A stretch of DNA of 64,000 bases from Balanoglossus misakiensis (taxonomy: Eukaryota > Animalia > Hemichordata): NCBI GenBank assembly GCA_040954595.2, contig CM082580.2:14584389-14648388 (forward strand), in the 5' to 3' direction. The notes beneath the pieces were generated by a model, which was not told the DNA's origin, did no database searches, and saw only the letters and a program-made list of their open reading frames with translations. This document shows positions 14,102 through 26,400 of this stretch, piece after piece (the first letter of the stretch is position 1; the number at the start of each line of letters is the position of its first letter). The position numbers and the translations under genes are program-made.

Positions 14102-15207
14102 CAGGACATATCGAATCGAATTATTTATAGTTTTTATAATTTTTGATAAGAAACTACTGTAGGCCTATACTTTGAGAAGTTTGTAATATATTCTCAGCAC
14201 AATTAAACTTTTCCATCATTCGTGTCCTGCCAATCAAGCAATGTTCACACATGTGAGACTACAGGAGTGATTTGATATCATAGCTTTAAAACTTGCAGTC
14301 TTGAACAAATGAATGCATAAGGAAAGGGATAGTTGGGACTTGTTTCAAGAACATGCGCAAATACCTACAAACATTAGATTTTGTATAAATCATTGTCACA
14401 GGTTTTAGATTGGTAATGTAGTTATACTTCAGAATAAATCATATCATTTGATAATATTATATGGTTGTGTATTCCCATCAGTTTGCTCATTTTAAATGGG
14501 CCAATATAAGTTTGAAAGTACAACCGTGGCAGTTAATATATGAGCGACTCGTGGGCCACCATTCAAAGAGTAGCGTGAGATTCTACGATTCCCAGAGAAA
14601 TTTCTATTCATTAGCGCCCCCAATAGTTCGTAATTTGAGCGGAGTGCTACGTGTGAATGGCCACGTCGTGCGCGCTCGTGCATTTTGCAGCTTCTTCGAG
14701 AGTAAGTCACATCACCATTTTACAATGTAAAAGATACTCGTTTTAAGGTATAAAACTGTTTTCTAGGTCTATCCAGTATAGCTTTCCCCACCGAAATAGC
14801 GAAATTAAACACGCCCCTACATGAATAATGTCATGTCCCACTGGGCGTCGCCTTTAGCATTTGAATCTATAGCAACATTATTCGACACTGGTTCAATAAG
14901 TATCATAAATATATATGAGAACGAAAATTGTATCCTTCTTTTTAAGTTAACGATTAAAAAACTAACAGGGTTTCTTATTTTAATGGGATTAAGAATTGTG
15001 TTTGACCTAACATACTTAACATTTTGGACGAAACCACGAGCTAAGAATTATCAGATAATATATTCACTGCAAACTTCGCGAGGATGTCACTTCCGTAGTC
15101 TGTGTTTTTGTGGTCATTGACGATCTCCACTGAACGTATGGTTCTAGTGTGTATACTGTGAAGCTCACGTGTGGAAACCATGCTGAACGTCGATATTCCC
15201 GGCTAAG

Positions 15208-17387
15208 ATGAGGTTCAAGAGGAAAGTATCGCTTCTCTTCTGTGTTTTCGTGACGTTGTTATTCTTTTATTTGATATCCGAAGAGCCGGAACGGGGACCT
15301 GGCGGCGTTGGTTCCTCGTCTCGACATCATGACCAAGACCATAATTACAACCAGGAGCACAGGCGTTTACAACGAGTAGATCGTCCAAATAATCAGCTTC
15401 AACAAAATTTGCCCGACCAACAACGTCGCGATTACAATGTCCCAATCGTAAATTCTGAAAAACAAAACGTCGCTCCTGGCGTGCGTAAGTTGCCCATTGC
15501 AGACACCGGTTTACAAAGGCAGATTAACCAACCTGTAGGCCAACCTGCTGTAAACCCACCCGCCCCGCAAGTACCTGTAGCTGAACCGAGAAAACCCATT
15601 TCAATCATAGGTAGGGTCCCAGGTCAACCCAACCAGGGAAACGGCGTTCTACAGCCTCCTGGGTTTCAAAGTAACTTGGAGCAGAAAGGCCAGCCCGTAA
15701 TAGGCCAAGAGAAAGCCCCCGTTTTCAATGTTGGTCAGCCGAACTTGATATTTGACAGATCACAGCTTCGCGGGCCAGCTGTTCAACTAAACCAGCCTGT
15801 CAAGAAAGCTCAGCCGCTGGCACAAAATCAACCAGCTGCAAGACAGAACGTACAGCCAGGTGGACCCATTGCTGCCAACAACCAACCAAGAGTAGCTGTG
15901 CAAAACCTGCCAAATGGTCAACAAGTGCAGCAAAGACTGCAACCACCAGCGCTGCAGCCACAGAGGCAACAACCAGCACCTCAATTGCAACAGAGGTTAC
16001 AACAACAACCCCTCCAGCAAAACCATGTGCATCAACCGATCAGGCAAAATGTCGACATTTTCAAAGAAGGGTAAGTGTAAAAGCGCCATCTAGTAGTTCA
16101 GGTAAAAGCGTAACCAAATCAAATCAAAGGCAAAAAGGGGATTTCTTGGTCTGGGAACACCTCGCTGCAATGATTGTCAACCTAGCAGCACCCGCTACAA
16201 TCATTGCAGCTAGGGAACACCCAGCAAGATGTTCAAGAAAGTTATTCCCATTTTATGTGTAATAAAAAAAAATGAGTTTTTACTCCAGAAGTCAAGGATA
16301 TAAAACAGTTCCATTGCATCATATTTTTCTCTTAAAAGTGGTAAAAAGTATCAATGCATTGCATGAAAGAATACTTAACGAGTGGGTGCAGATTGTGTAC
16401 ATTGTTTTTGCCAGTACATGTGTACATGTAGCTACTTGCATTTAGATGGTTTAGATAATCATATGCAAGATCAAGTGCTTAATTGCTGGTATTATCTTTG
16501 GTACAATTAATCCTTTCACCCCCATTTCTCCTGTAGAGGTCCAACTTGGCCATAACAAAAACAATGAATGTGGACCAATCCATGGTGGTGAAAGGGTTAA
16601 AAGAATGGTGTAATTACTACTGATAGTAGAGCTTTGCATTACAATCATATATCATGGTAGATGGTGCCTTGGTTTTCTATCTTGATGGTAAAAAAATAAA
16701 ATTAATTTTAATGAATAATGTATCAATTCCAATGGCCAATGTTTATTTAAGTTCGTAAGGGGATGTCACTACATTCCATTGACATGGATTATGTATTGCA
16801 TTGATTGCAGAATGAACCAAAACCAAAAGTAACCGATACCAAAGCTGATATTGTCAAGATCGTTTTCCCTTGCCATGATTTGTGTCCCTCTAGGATAACC
16901 ATGATAAACTTGATTGAACTAATCGTACTCAATCTTTTAATAAGACTGTTCAATTGCATGCTTGTTAGACCAGTATATAGAGACACCAGCAAGTGAGTCG
17001 TGGTACATCTGTACCAGCCAGAAATTCTATCACCTCCTTAATGTAGTCATAGCAGTAATCACATTACCACATAACATGTTCCATGGAGAGCATTTCAACA
17101 TGCCTGTCATACTATTAGATGTCAATGTCTGATTTACATGTACCCGTGGTTGCCCGCAGAGCCATACCAGCTCATATTTTCTTCTCTTCTGTTGTATCCA
17201 TTAATCCATGCTGGTGATGATCAATTGGGTGTTATACAATATACATACAGTACATGTATGCTCTGGACTACAGTTCTTTTAGTTTGTATAAATTGTAATA
17301 TATGGTGACTTGATGTATGGTTTATATTCTGTAGCTAAAGTTTGAATACATACATATATACATACATACATACATACATACATACAT

Positions 17388-17420
<33 letters not shown>

Positions 17421-20400
17421 GATTGCACATACAGATCTTTTAAACAGCTCACAGTCAGAGTATTGCTTTTTGTCTGGACTTCATTGTTAAATTGTCAGGT
17501 ATTTATATTGAAAGCAGAGTTTAATTGCCTGGAATTGGGAGCAGACAAACAACTCTTGAACCCTGCACAGTATCACATCAGTTAACTTTGCTCAAATGAG
17601 AGAGATTGATGAGCCAGTGTCATCAGTTTGCAATGCCATGATATACATCATGTGACTATAGACAAGACATATACATTGCTACATCTGTTTCCTGGAGTCT
17701 GGCTGTATGAAAGCATTGCCTCATCCTATTACATGTACTTTTAAAGTCATTTTGTGAGGTAGTATGACGTTACCTTCTAAGGGACCATTCGTTTTTTTAT
17801 CTCAATTTTAGCATTTCACTCTGGGAACTTAGTGATCTGCCAAATGGATTGCTATTGCCGTGGACATTCTGAGAAGGCTTGGAAATGCGACATCTAACAA
17901 TCAGTGTTTAATATGTGTAGTTGTAATCAGTTTTACGGTCAGTACACATGCACCTCTATTGGTGTTTACTCTGAGCTACAGAGGAGGAATGTTTTAAAGT
18001 AAAGGTTTTTAAAATGCCCTGAAAGCCTATCAGATTTCTTGTCATGTGGCGGCTGTGTGTTAGAGCAATGGCCCGTGTGAAGGGTTGAATTTCGACCTGC
18101 CCAGTGACTGTAACATACAAGGAATGGCTATTCTTGTAGTTTGTTCTATTTATTGATAGTCAAGTCCCCCGAGGTGATGGTTTTCTAGGATGTTTGTGGT
18201 TACACATGGAGGCATACTAGTAGTGGTACCCTCGATGGATGGATGGATGGATGGATGGGTGGATGGATGGATGATCTGGCTCAGCTGAGGTCTCATCCTG
18301 AACTCAGTGCAGCTGCACTCACTCATCTATGACATGGCATTGTCAATTTGGGAAATATCTGTCCTGACTCACACTGTAAATGTGGTGAATACATTCTACA
18401 TGCAACTTTTGTCAGCTTCGATTGTCAGATTGTACTTGTCAAGTTATACTCTCTTTGACAGTTCCCAGAAAGTCTGCTTTTTATATGGGCACACATGCAT
18501 GTATCATATATTGGTAAACTTGTTTTGATGCAGGCCAGGTTAGTTTTAAAATGTTGGTTTCAAGTAGGATTTCATGGTACCATGTATTGCAGGTCTGATG
18601 GAGAAGTCTTTTACATCTCACTCTATAGTAACAATCAACACGTTGAAAAAGTGTACAACATGTCAAAACAAGTATTCAAAGCCTTGAAACATGAAATTGA
18701 AACATTCAGCTCTGATGCACAGATCTTTGCCGATAACAGATGCATTGTGTTATGGACTGAGATCACAGATAGATGACCTCAGACAACAACGGCAAATAGG
18801 TGCTTGATAAATCATCTTCCAGTCAAGAACAGTGTCCTCAGTTGTCAGTCCTTCCACAATCAGTGGAAAGGAATACTTCAAAAATACCACCCAAGAAAAT
18901 TCTGACACGCGCATGGTTCGGCTGACTTTAGATTGGTTGTAAATGCATTTATCCTCACATTTAGAAAAATAACAGCACTGGACACTGTCAATTTACCCCA
19001 AAGCAAAGCAGTTTTATACCAGTCATTTGACTGTAGTGTCTACTCAAGGAGGCCTTGAAAAAATGGCACCACGCTCCAAATCTTATTACTTTCATTGTCT
19101 TCTACATCACTATAGCACCAAAGCAAACACTCACTTCTTGTCATGGACAGAGTTTAAGTGGACAACAAGAACTGGAACAAGGTCGATGATAACAAAACAG
19201 GGATTTGCAATAAAATCCATGGTGTTTGGTGAGTTGTTTTCTTTGACGCACTAAAAACAGCAAATATTTGCCAAAAGTGCCTCCAATTTCTGATTTGTAA
19301 AAATCTCTTGTTCAAGCATTAGGAGCATCAAGTTAACTGTACATGTACATCAGTCAGCGTTCAAAACTCCAAAGCCACAAACACTCAGCAGTCGTAACTG
19401 AAAATCAGAGTGGCTTGGCATGCCCTTTGGTTTCAGTATCCGTAACTGTCAAGCTTTAGCATTCACACATTCATCCATAAATGCCAACAAACAAGTGGAT
19501 TAGAAGAAACACTCCCTCCAGACGGATTGTTACAGGCAATTGTCAAGTGAGGAGGCCATGATCCTTTTCAGGCTCTTCACTGTTTGTAGGGTCAAAGGTC
19601 ATACTGGGTGGTCACCTGTTTGTGGAGGAGAAAAAGGTTCATTGTCTCTGAGACATTCTTTTAAGAGTGTTTTTTAGTAAAGTAGGGAATTGTATTCATT
19701 AAGCTGCAGATGCATGTCTGTCTGTGTACCAGTTAGTGAACCCTATCGAATACAGAGAAACTGTTTCTGCCAGTTTGAGATAGAGTATGTATGTGCAAAG
19801 CTTGAGCAATTTTCTGACCAAATGTGCTGCATGTGCAAGTTGCCGTCAGGCTGCATTTTCCCTCAACAAGAGAGAAGAGCCCATAAATTGCCATGGTTAC
19901 CTGGAAAATTTACAGCAACCGAATAGGAGAATCAATGTACCCAGAGAAACAATCACACTACCCAAATTACATGTTAAAATTGTACCGTGGGAAATTGACT
20001 CAGACACAAAATGGGACTCATATAGGATTATATAATAATGAATGAAAAACAAATTAATTAACCAAGCTAAATTAAATTCATTCCTATTTATGAGAGTTGT
20101 TTTCTAATCCCACAGTGAATAATCATCAATACAGCGGGAAGATAATACTTATTAGTCTGTCCAATTCATTAGACATGAAAATGCAATTGCAATACAAATA
20201 CATAATCTCATGCTGTGGTAACTCTCAACACATATATTAATACCACAGGCACTTGTAAGGATGCTATTTCAGTTTTTTATTAATTATAAAGTGGCTAAAA
20301 ATGATAAATCAGTAGCTTATACAATGTCCCGAATTTGCGTCAAACGAACGCTCTCGCTATGTTCGGCCTAGGCCTGTACCCCACTGACACATAAATCTCT

Positions 20401-23400
20401 TTATGTGTCAGTGGGGTATAGCCCAGGCCCGAACATAGCGAGAGCGCTCGTTTGACGCAAATTCGGGACATCGTATAAGCTACTGATTTATCATTTTTAG
20501 CCACTTTATAATTAATAAAAAACTGAAATAGCATCTTTACAAGCGCCTGTGATTAATACCAACCAATCAGAGCCAAGTGGCTCGCTATTAATCAGTTTTA
20601 TGTGATCCAAATATAGATCTTGTCACTAAAGTTTAACTTCTAACATCAGAAGATGGACCTAGGAAAGGTTAGCTCTGACTGTGCACGTAATTGACTGAAA
20701 ATGAAAATGATGAAAATGATGAAGAAATAAATATTTCCATTTAAGTAGGGATGCTCATGTTTCCATCTTTAATATGTAAACACTCACTAAACATTTAGCC
20801 TGGTAATAGTTTGTGTTGAATTACACTTAGATTGGTATAGTGATGGCATATGTTTTGATGTGCACTCATAAATTCTGTTTTTAACATGCCTGTCCAAATG
20901 TTATGATCTGAGTTTGCTGTAAATATGTTCAGAGCAGTGGAGGTTGATTTGTGCTTTCCTTCTAGCAAAGTGGTTCTCTTTCATATTCACTAAGTTCAAT
21001 TACATGTACTTGCATCTAGTACAGTGTTGATCAGGTGCTCTTTTATACCAGGCCAACAGAGTTAGTTGGCCGCACAGGGCATGCCAAATAGCATGGGTCG
21101 CTCAGAGCATAAATCAGGACTTGGGATGCAAAACGTTGAGTTTAAGAATCCATTGGTGATTTGTGGCTCTCTGCCCCAGCTTCGTACACCCCCCAAAAAA
21201 GGATAGTTTTACTATTCCAGATTTAACTGTAACTGCCCTGGACTGACCTATATGTATGTAGCAGACAGTTTAGATGATCTATGAGATGTAAAAGTCCCTT
21301 GTTTATGTATTCAGGAAACATTTGTTTATTGTTTGGTTTCATGTTAACAAACAGCCAGGTCACTGGGGGCAAACAACACCAAGGGAGCTCTTAGCTTTCC
21401 CTTGCAGAATGCTCTAAACCACAAAAGTGTGCAATTTCAATCCAAGGTTCCTGGTAATTATAGTGAGTGAGATGACCTCAGCAGCTTGATGTGCATATGC
21501 ACAGTAACCTGAACTTACTTTGAAATCTGAATGATACATTATCATCATTACAATTGTGTCTTTAACAAGTGTGTATTTGGAAGTTTCTTTTTAGAGTTGA
21601 CAGTGTCCGTGTACATGGAAAAAGTGTAGCCAAGAATTGCAAATTTGAAAGAATGAAGTCGCTATCCATGAGATGCGAGGTTTCAATTTTATCCAGTTTA
21701 TTACATGGTCAATTTTGCCATACTTATGCTAAGTGCAGTGCTGTAGCTCTCTGCTTTTGAAAGATGCATTACAGGTGGAAATATGGCTATGAGTGCCATT
21801 GAGAATGAGGCAACATGAAAGTAGGCGGATGTTTACCCCCCCCCCCCCACCCCCCCCCCCCCCTTTTCTTTGCCATCATTGAATGGCCAGCCAGGTCCAG
21901 GAGGCACAAATGATGCAACTGCAACTCTCACATCATGCATTGAGCAAAGAAAAGCGTGAGAACTACACAAGTCATAGAATGTTGGCCTTGTTTTGTCATA
22001 CACTGATGCACAGGCTAATTAGAGCACCACCAAAAGGTACATTTAGACTGCCAGCTTTCTGCCATTCAAAGCAGTTTCCTTCGGGCAGAATACTTTGGTT
22101 CGACCAGGGGGGGTTCCTTTCAAAGCTTTGGCGATGTACAGGGCATTGTACCAGTAATATATTATGTGTATGACAGCGTTTGATCAAGTCACGGCGTGTG
22201 TAGAAGACCACTACTTGTATGTGTACTTTTCTAGGCAAAGTCAGAGTTGGTATTAATGGACGGCAAAATTTACATGTCTGTTGTTGCCAGTTAATATATA
22301 TTTGCAGTTTTAAATGTACATTTACTGCCATGGTAGCAAGCTAGTATCTGAAAGCAGCAGTACATGTACAGTATCTTCAAGACCTGTGATACCTACTTGT
22401 GATGATACACCAAACCTTAGCAGGATACATGTTACTTATCAGCAGTTGACATTATACATAAGTGTGTCTCATGATAAGGGTGTCAGGGTATAGTGCAGTG
22501 TATCTGGTGATAAAGATAGCCCTATAAATCACATCCCCATTTTAGCCTGGTTGATAAACACTGACTCTGTTCCACTCCACTGCTTTCAAACTGGACTGCT
22601 GTTACACGTCAATAGTTACAAGGTGTGTCTGTGCATTGTTCCTCACGGAAACAGCCAAGCAAACAGTGACACCAAAAAAATATGTTTGCCAAAATTTCTG
22701 TGTTAAATATTTTTGCTTTAAAAAAGTAAACTTTAATTGGCCTTTTTACTAAATAGGGTTTCAACTCCTTTGGGAATAAGTTCCAAAAAACTGGAATACA
22801 TTTTGTCACGCTGCAACAATGTGCAGTGCAGTGTACCAATGTCATGGAAATGGCCAAGAGGAGCATTTGATTTTACTTGAAAAGTTGACAAGAGTGGTGT
22901 ATAGTTGAGATGGTGATATTGGCACACAAGTCCTTGGAGATCTGACTGGCTTGCATGACTGCCTTTCAATGCGCCATTCCATTGTTTGTCTGAGCTTTCG
23001 AGGTATTCAGTCAATGTGCAGTGAACAAAGCCCTCAATAACGTTCTGCTTTTGTATCCAGTCAGTTGGCAAAGAATGCCACTGAAACAAGTATAGTGTGG
23101 TTTTAGCTGAGCAAAACTGTGTGTATGGTGCCGGGTGCTTTGTGACGCAGCGAGCAGCTCACACAGACAATGACACACCTTCTGAATTCAGTCTGTATGC
23201 AGATACATAGGTAATCATCTCTGGGGTTTAAACGGAAGTTCCCACACTTTGAGAATAGATTTACTTCCACCTGTCATCACTGATGCGGCCATGTCTGTTC
23301 AGTTCTTGTCCACTTATCAACGGTGGCAGAGCAAATTGTGTAACCTCAAGGCTGTAAACTTCATGCAATTATGATCGAACTGTTTGACCATTTAGTGATC

Positions 23401-26400
23401 ATTTCAGTTTGCCCTGGAATTAAACCCAACTCAACCCTGAAATGTGTTTCATTTGAAGAAATAATGTGATGAACTTTTCTAAGTTTTTCCTGACGTGTGA
23501 TCACAGTTACTTTACCCAATCTAATTTATTGACAAGAAGAGACCTCAGATTAATATTTTGTGCAGACTTTAAACAACATTACATGTAAAATTGAAACTCT
23601 AAGCCGGTTGGTTTATCAAGAGCACAAAACCACATCTATGAATTATATACCAGCAGTGGCATATTCTGAATTAAAAGCATGTGTAACACACACCCCCAAA
23701 TATGTATGGAATCTCTCAAGTGGTCTATTAGCATTAGCATTTAAAGACATTTCCCGCAAGTCGGCTTTTGCAGTGAAATGAATAGCTTTCAACAGGTTTT
23801 ATCACCAACACTTCACAGGCCGTGAAATTTCCTTTGGTAATGCCAAACGAAAAAGGATGGTCAGTTGATCACCACGGAAGGTCACTCAACTTTTTTGTCA
23901 TAAAATGTTGGGAGGTAGGAGTGGTTGAGTCCAGCACTATGCTTTCTGAGGGATGACACCATCTTTTTTTAGTTTTGTTGAAGAGGTATCAGTCAGTATT
24001 GAATTTGAATGGTGGAGGTACAACAAATTTGTATTTCCAATTTATTGTTGGTCTTTATACAACGTTCATATAGTATGTGGTAATGAATCATCAGGTGGAC
24101 AGCCATGATTAGTTTTTGTTCTGCTGAACATTCTAAGAATCTGGTGCCATAATATTTCAATTTCAAGTCTGTCTGGACTTTTGTTCTCTGTACGATTGAT
24201 AATTATATTTATTTCGAAGAACATCAAACACAGAAGAATCTCTTTCAACATTGCTTTCAGTTTCTGATAGTGCAGTCAGTGGGGGATGCATGGTCACATC
24301 TTGCAAACAAATGGCGACAGAAGAGAAATGATGCCGATCATTGTATAATACATAGATGTGTGTGCAACAGGCGAATTCAGACGAGTTGATATATTTTGCA
24401 TGACCGTGTTTATAAACTCACACGAAGAGAAGATCTGATGTTATTGTCAGATATCCTGTTCTGGAGCAAGACCTTTTACATTCCTCAACTGTAGTCAAGT
24501 ATTAAACCGTGAATGAAATTGCCTAAATTTCATGAAACCTTCTTTCAACTGTGGATGTTCAATCAAAGCCATGCATTGAGTTTGGGCATATGCCTGTTTA
24601 GCCTAGTACCTTGGCGTATTTTGTCCAAAACTAAGTTTTGGAAGCAAAGCGGACAAACTACGGCTAGGACTAGGCTAATGCCTGTTCTGACCCCTTGTAT
24701 TTACATGTACACACCGCAGCCAGTGCTAGTGGTGGAAGTTGGGGTACCATTGCATCACTTGTATGCCATGTATTAGCAAAGATGGCACTGGCCTGGCACC
24801 AGCAATCTGCCAAATTGTGCATCAGTGCAGTGCTGGGCACACTTGCCATTCAATGTGCCATCAAATCAATACCTTTGAAGTGAGGTCCCTCAGTGGATGC
24901 TTTGTTCCCCATTGACTAGTGGTATGTCCCCTCATTAACATAGTGTTTACCATAACAAAAAAGCAGACCACACAACCCAAGCCTGTGTATTTGCTGATGT
25001 GTAACACATGTCTAAACGATTGAGACTGTGTACACCGCGCACCGGTCAGTGTTGAGTCTCGTCATATAATTACACAAATCATGTGGAAATACATTGAAAT
25101 TGGAACAGTTGTTCTTCTGAGCTATCTGGTCGGCTGTTCCGAACCACTCTTGCCATGTAGAATGCAGCAAGAACTGCAGAGATCCTGTGCTGCAGTGTAC
25201 GACATTTACTTCTTTGAAACTGTCAGCTGCCAATGGAGGGAGCCACAACAGGAAGTGAGGACACCAAGGTATAGGGCAGGTTTGTCTTAACCGCCATCTT
25301 GTAAACAAGGTGCTTTGTGGGATCATGGAGGTACTAGAGTACTAGTACCTCCATGGTGGGATAGAAATGGGGGTGTTTTGGAGGGTCATTACGTAAGTTC
25401 TTACGTAATGACCCTCCAAAACCCTCCAATTCTATCCCACAAAGCACCTTGTTTCCAAGATGGCGGTTAAGACAAACCTGCCCTATAGTTATGGTACAAT
25501 AATGTCTCTTACTGTAATGCTGTAAGTGAGTTGGGCTTCTGATTGATCCTGACAACTCCACCGCAAATTGTAAGGCTCCTGTTGCTTCCTTGCGAGCCTG
25601 TGCAAGAAACAGCAACAATGTGTTATTCAACAATATTCTGTTTTGTTGAGGGGTATTGATTTGTTACATGTGTGTATTCCCATGGACGTAAAAATGGTAT
25701 TCCATGACCTAAGTGACTTTGCTGTGTGTAGGTCATATTGAGGGCAAACTTGCAAGAGATCACATTATCAAATAATTACATCCTCACATGTAGAAATGGT
25801 AACCGTGGATGATACTTAACTGTGTTGAAATTACATGCAACAGTATTGTAGTTAATGTGTTACTGAAAAGATAGGTGTCATTGCATCTGGTGAGGTTTAA
25901 ATATGTGTCCCATATGCAAGTCAAAGTTGGCGCAAGTGTGATGTACTTTAATCAAATATACTGTATGTGAAAAATAATTTTGAGTTTAATTTAGAGTTAG
26001 TTAAAATATGTTTCTTATGGAAACCAACATTACAGTGTTTCCACAAAACTTTCCTCAAGTTCTTCTTGTAAATTCCATTCTTTATTAATGTAAACATTTG
26101 ACATTATGTTGAGAAGTCTAAGTAAACAGGGATAAACACATCAGTGTTGTTAGCTTATAAGCATTTCAAAGAGTCACCATCCACCATGACCTTTCCCCTG
26201 CTATTAAACTCTCTTTTTCTAATTATGGAACAGCTGTTGTGAGCACATTAGATTTAAAGTGCATTTTGAATGCTGTTAATGTATTATTGGGTGTAAGTGA
26301 ACGGTATACAGGAGGCTATTTGTGACTGTAGATGACCCCAAATAACCCTTATAAGCGTTCCCATACAAAGAGAATCTATAAATATATCTAATCAGTACAG

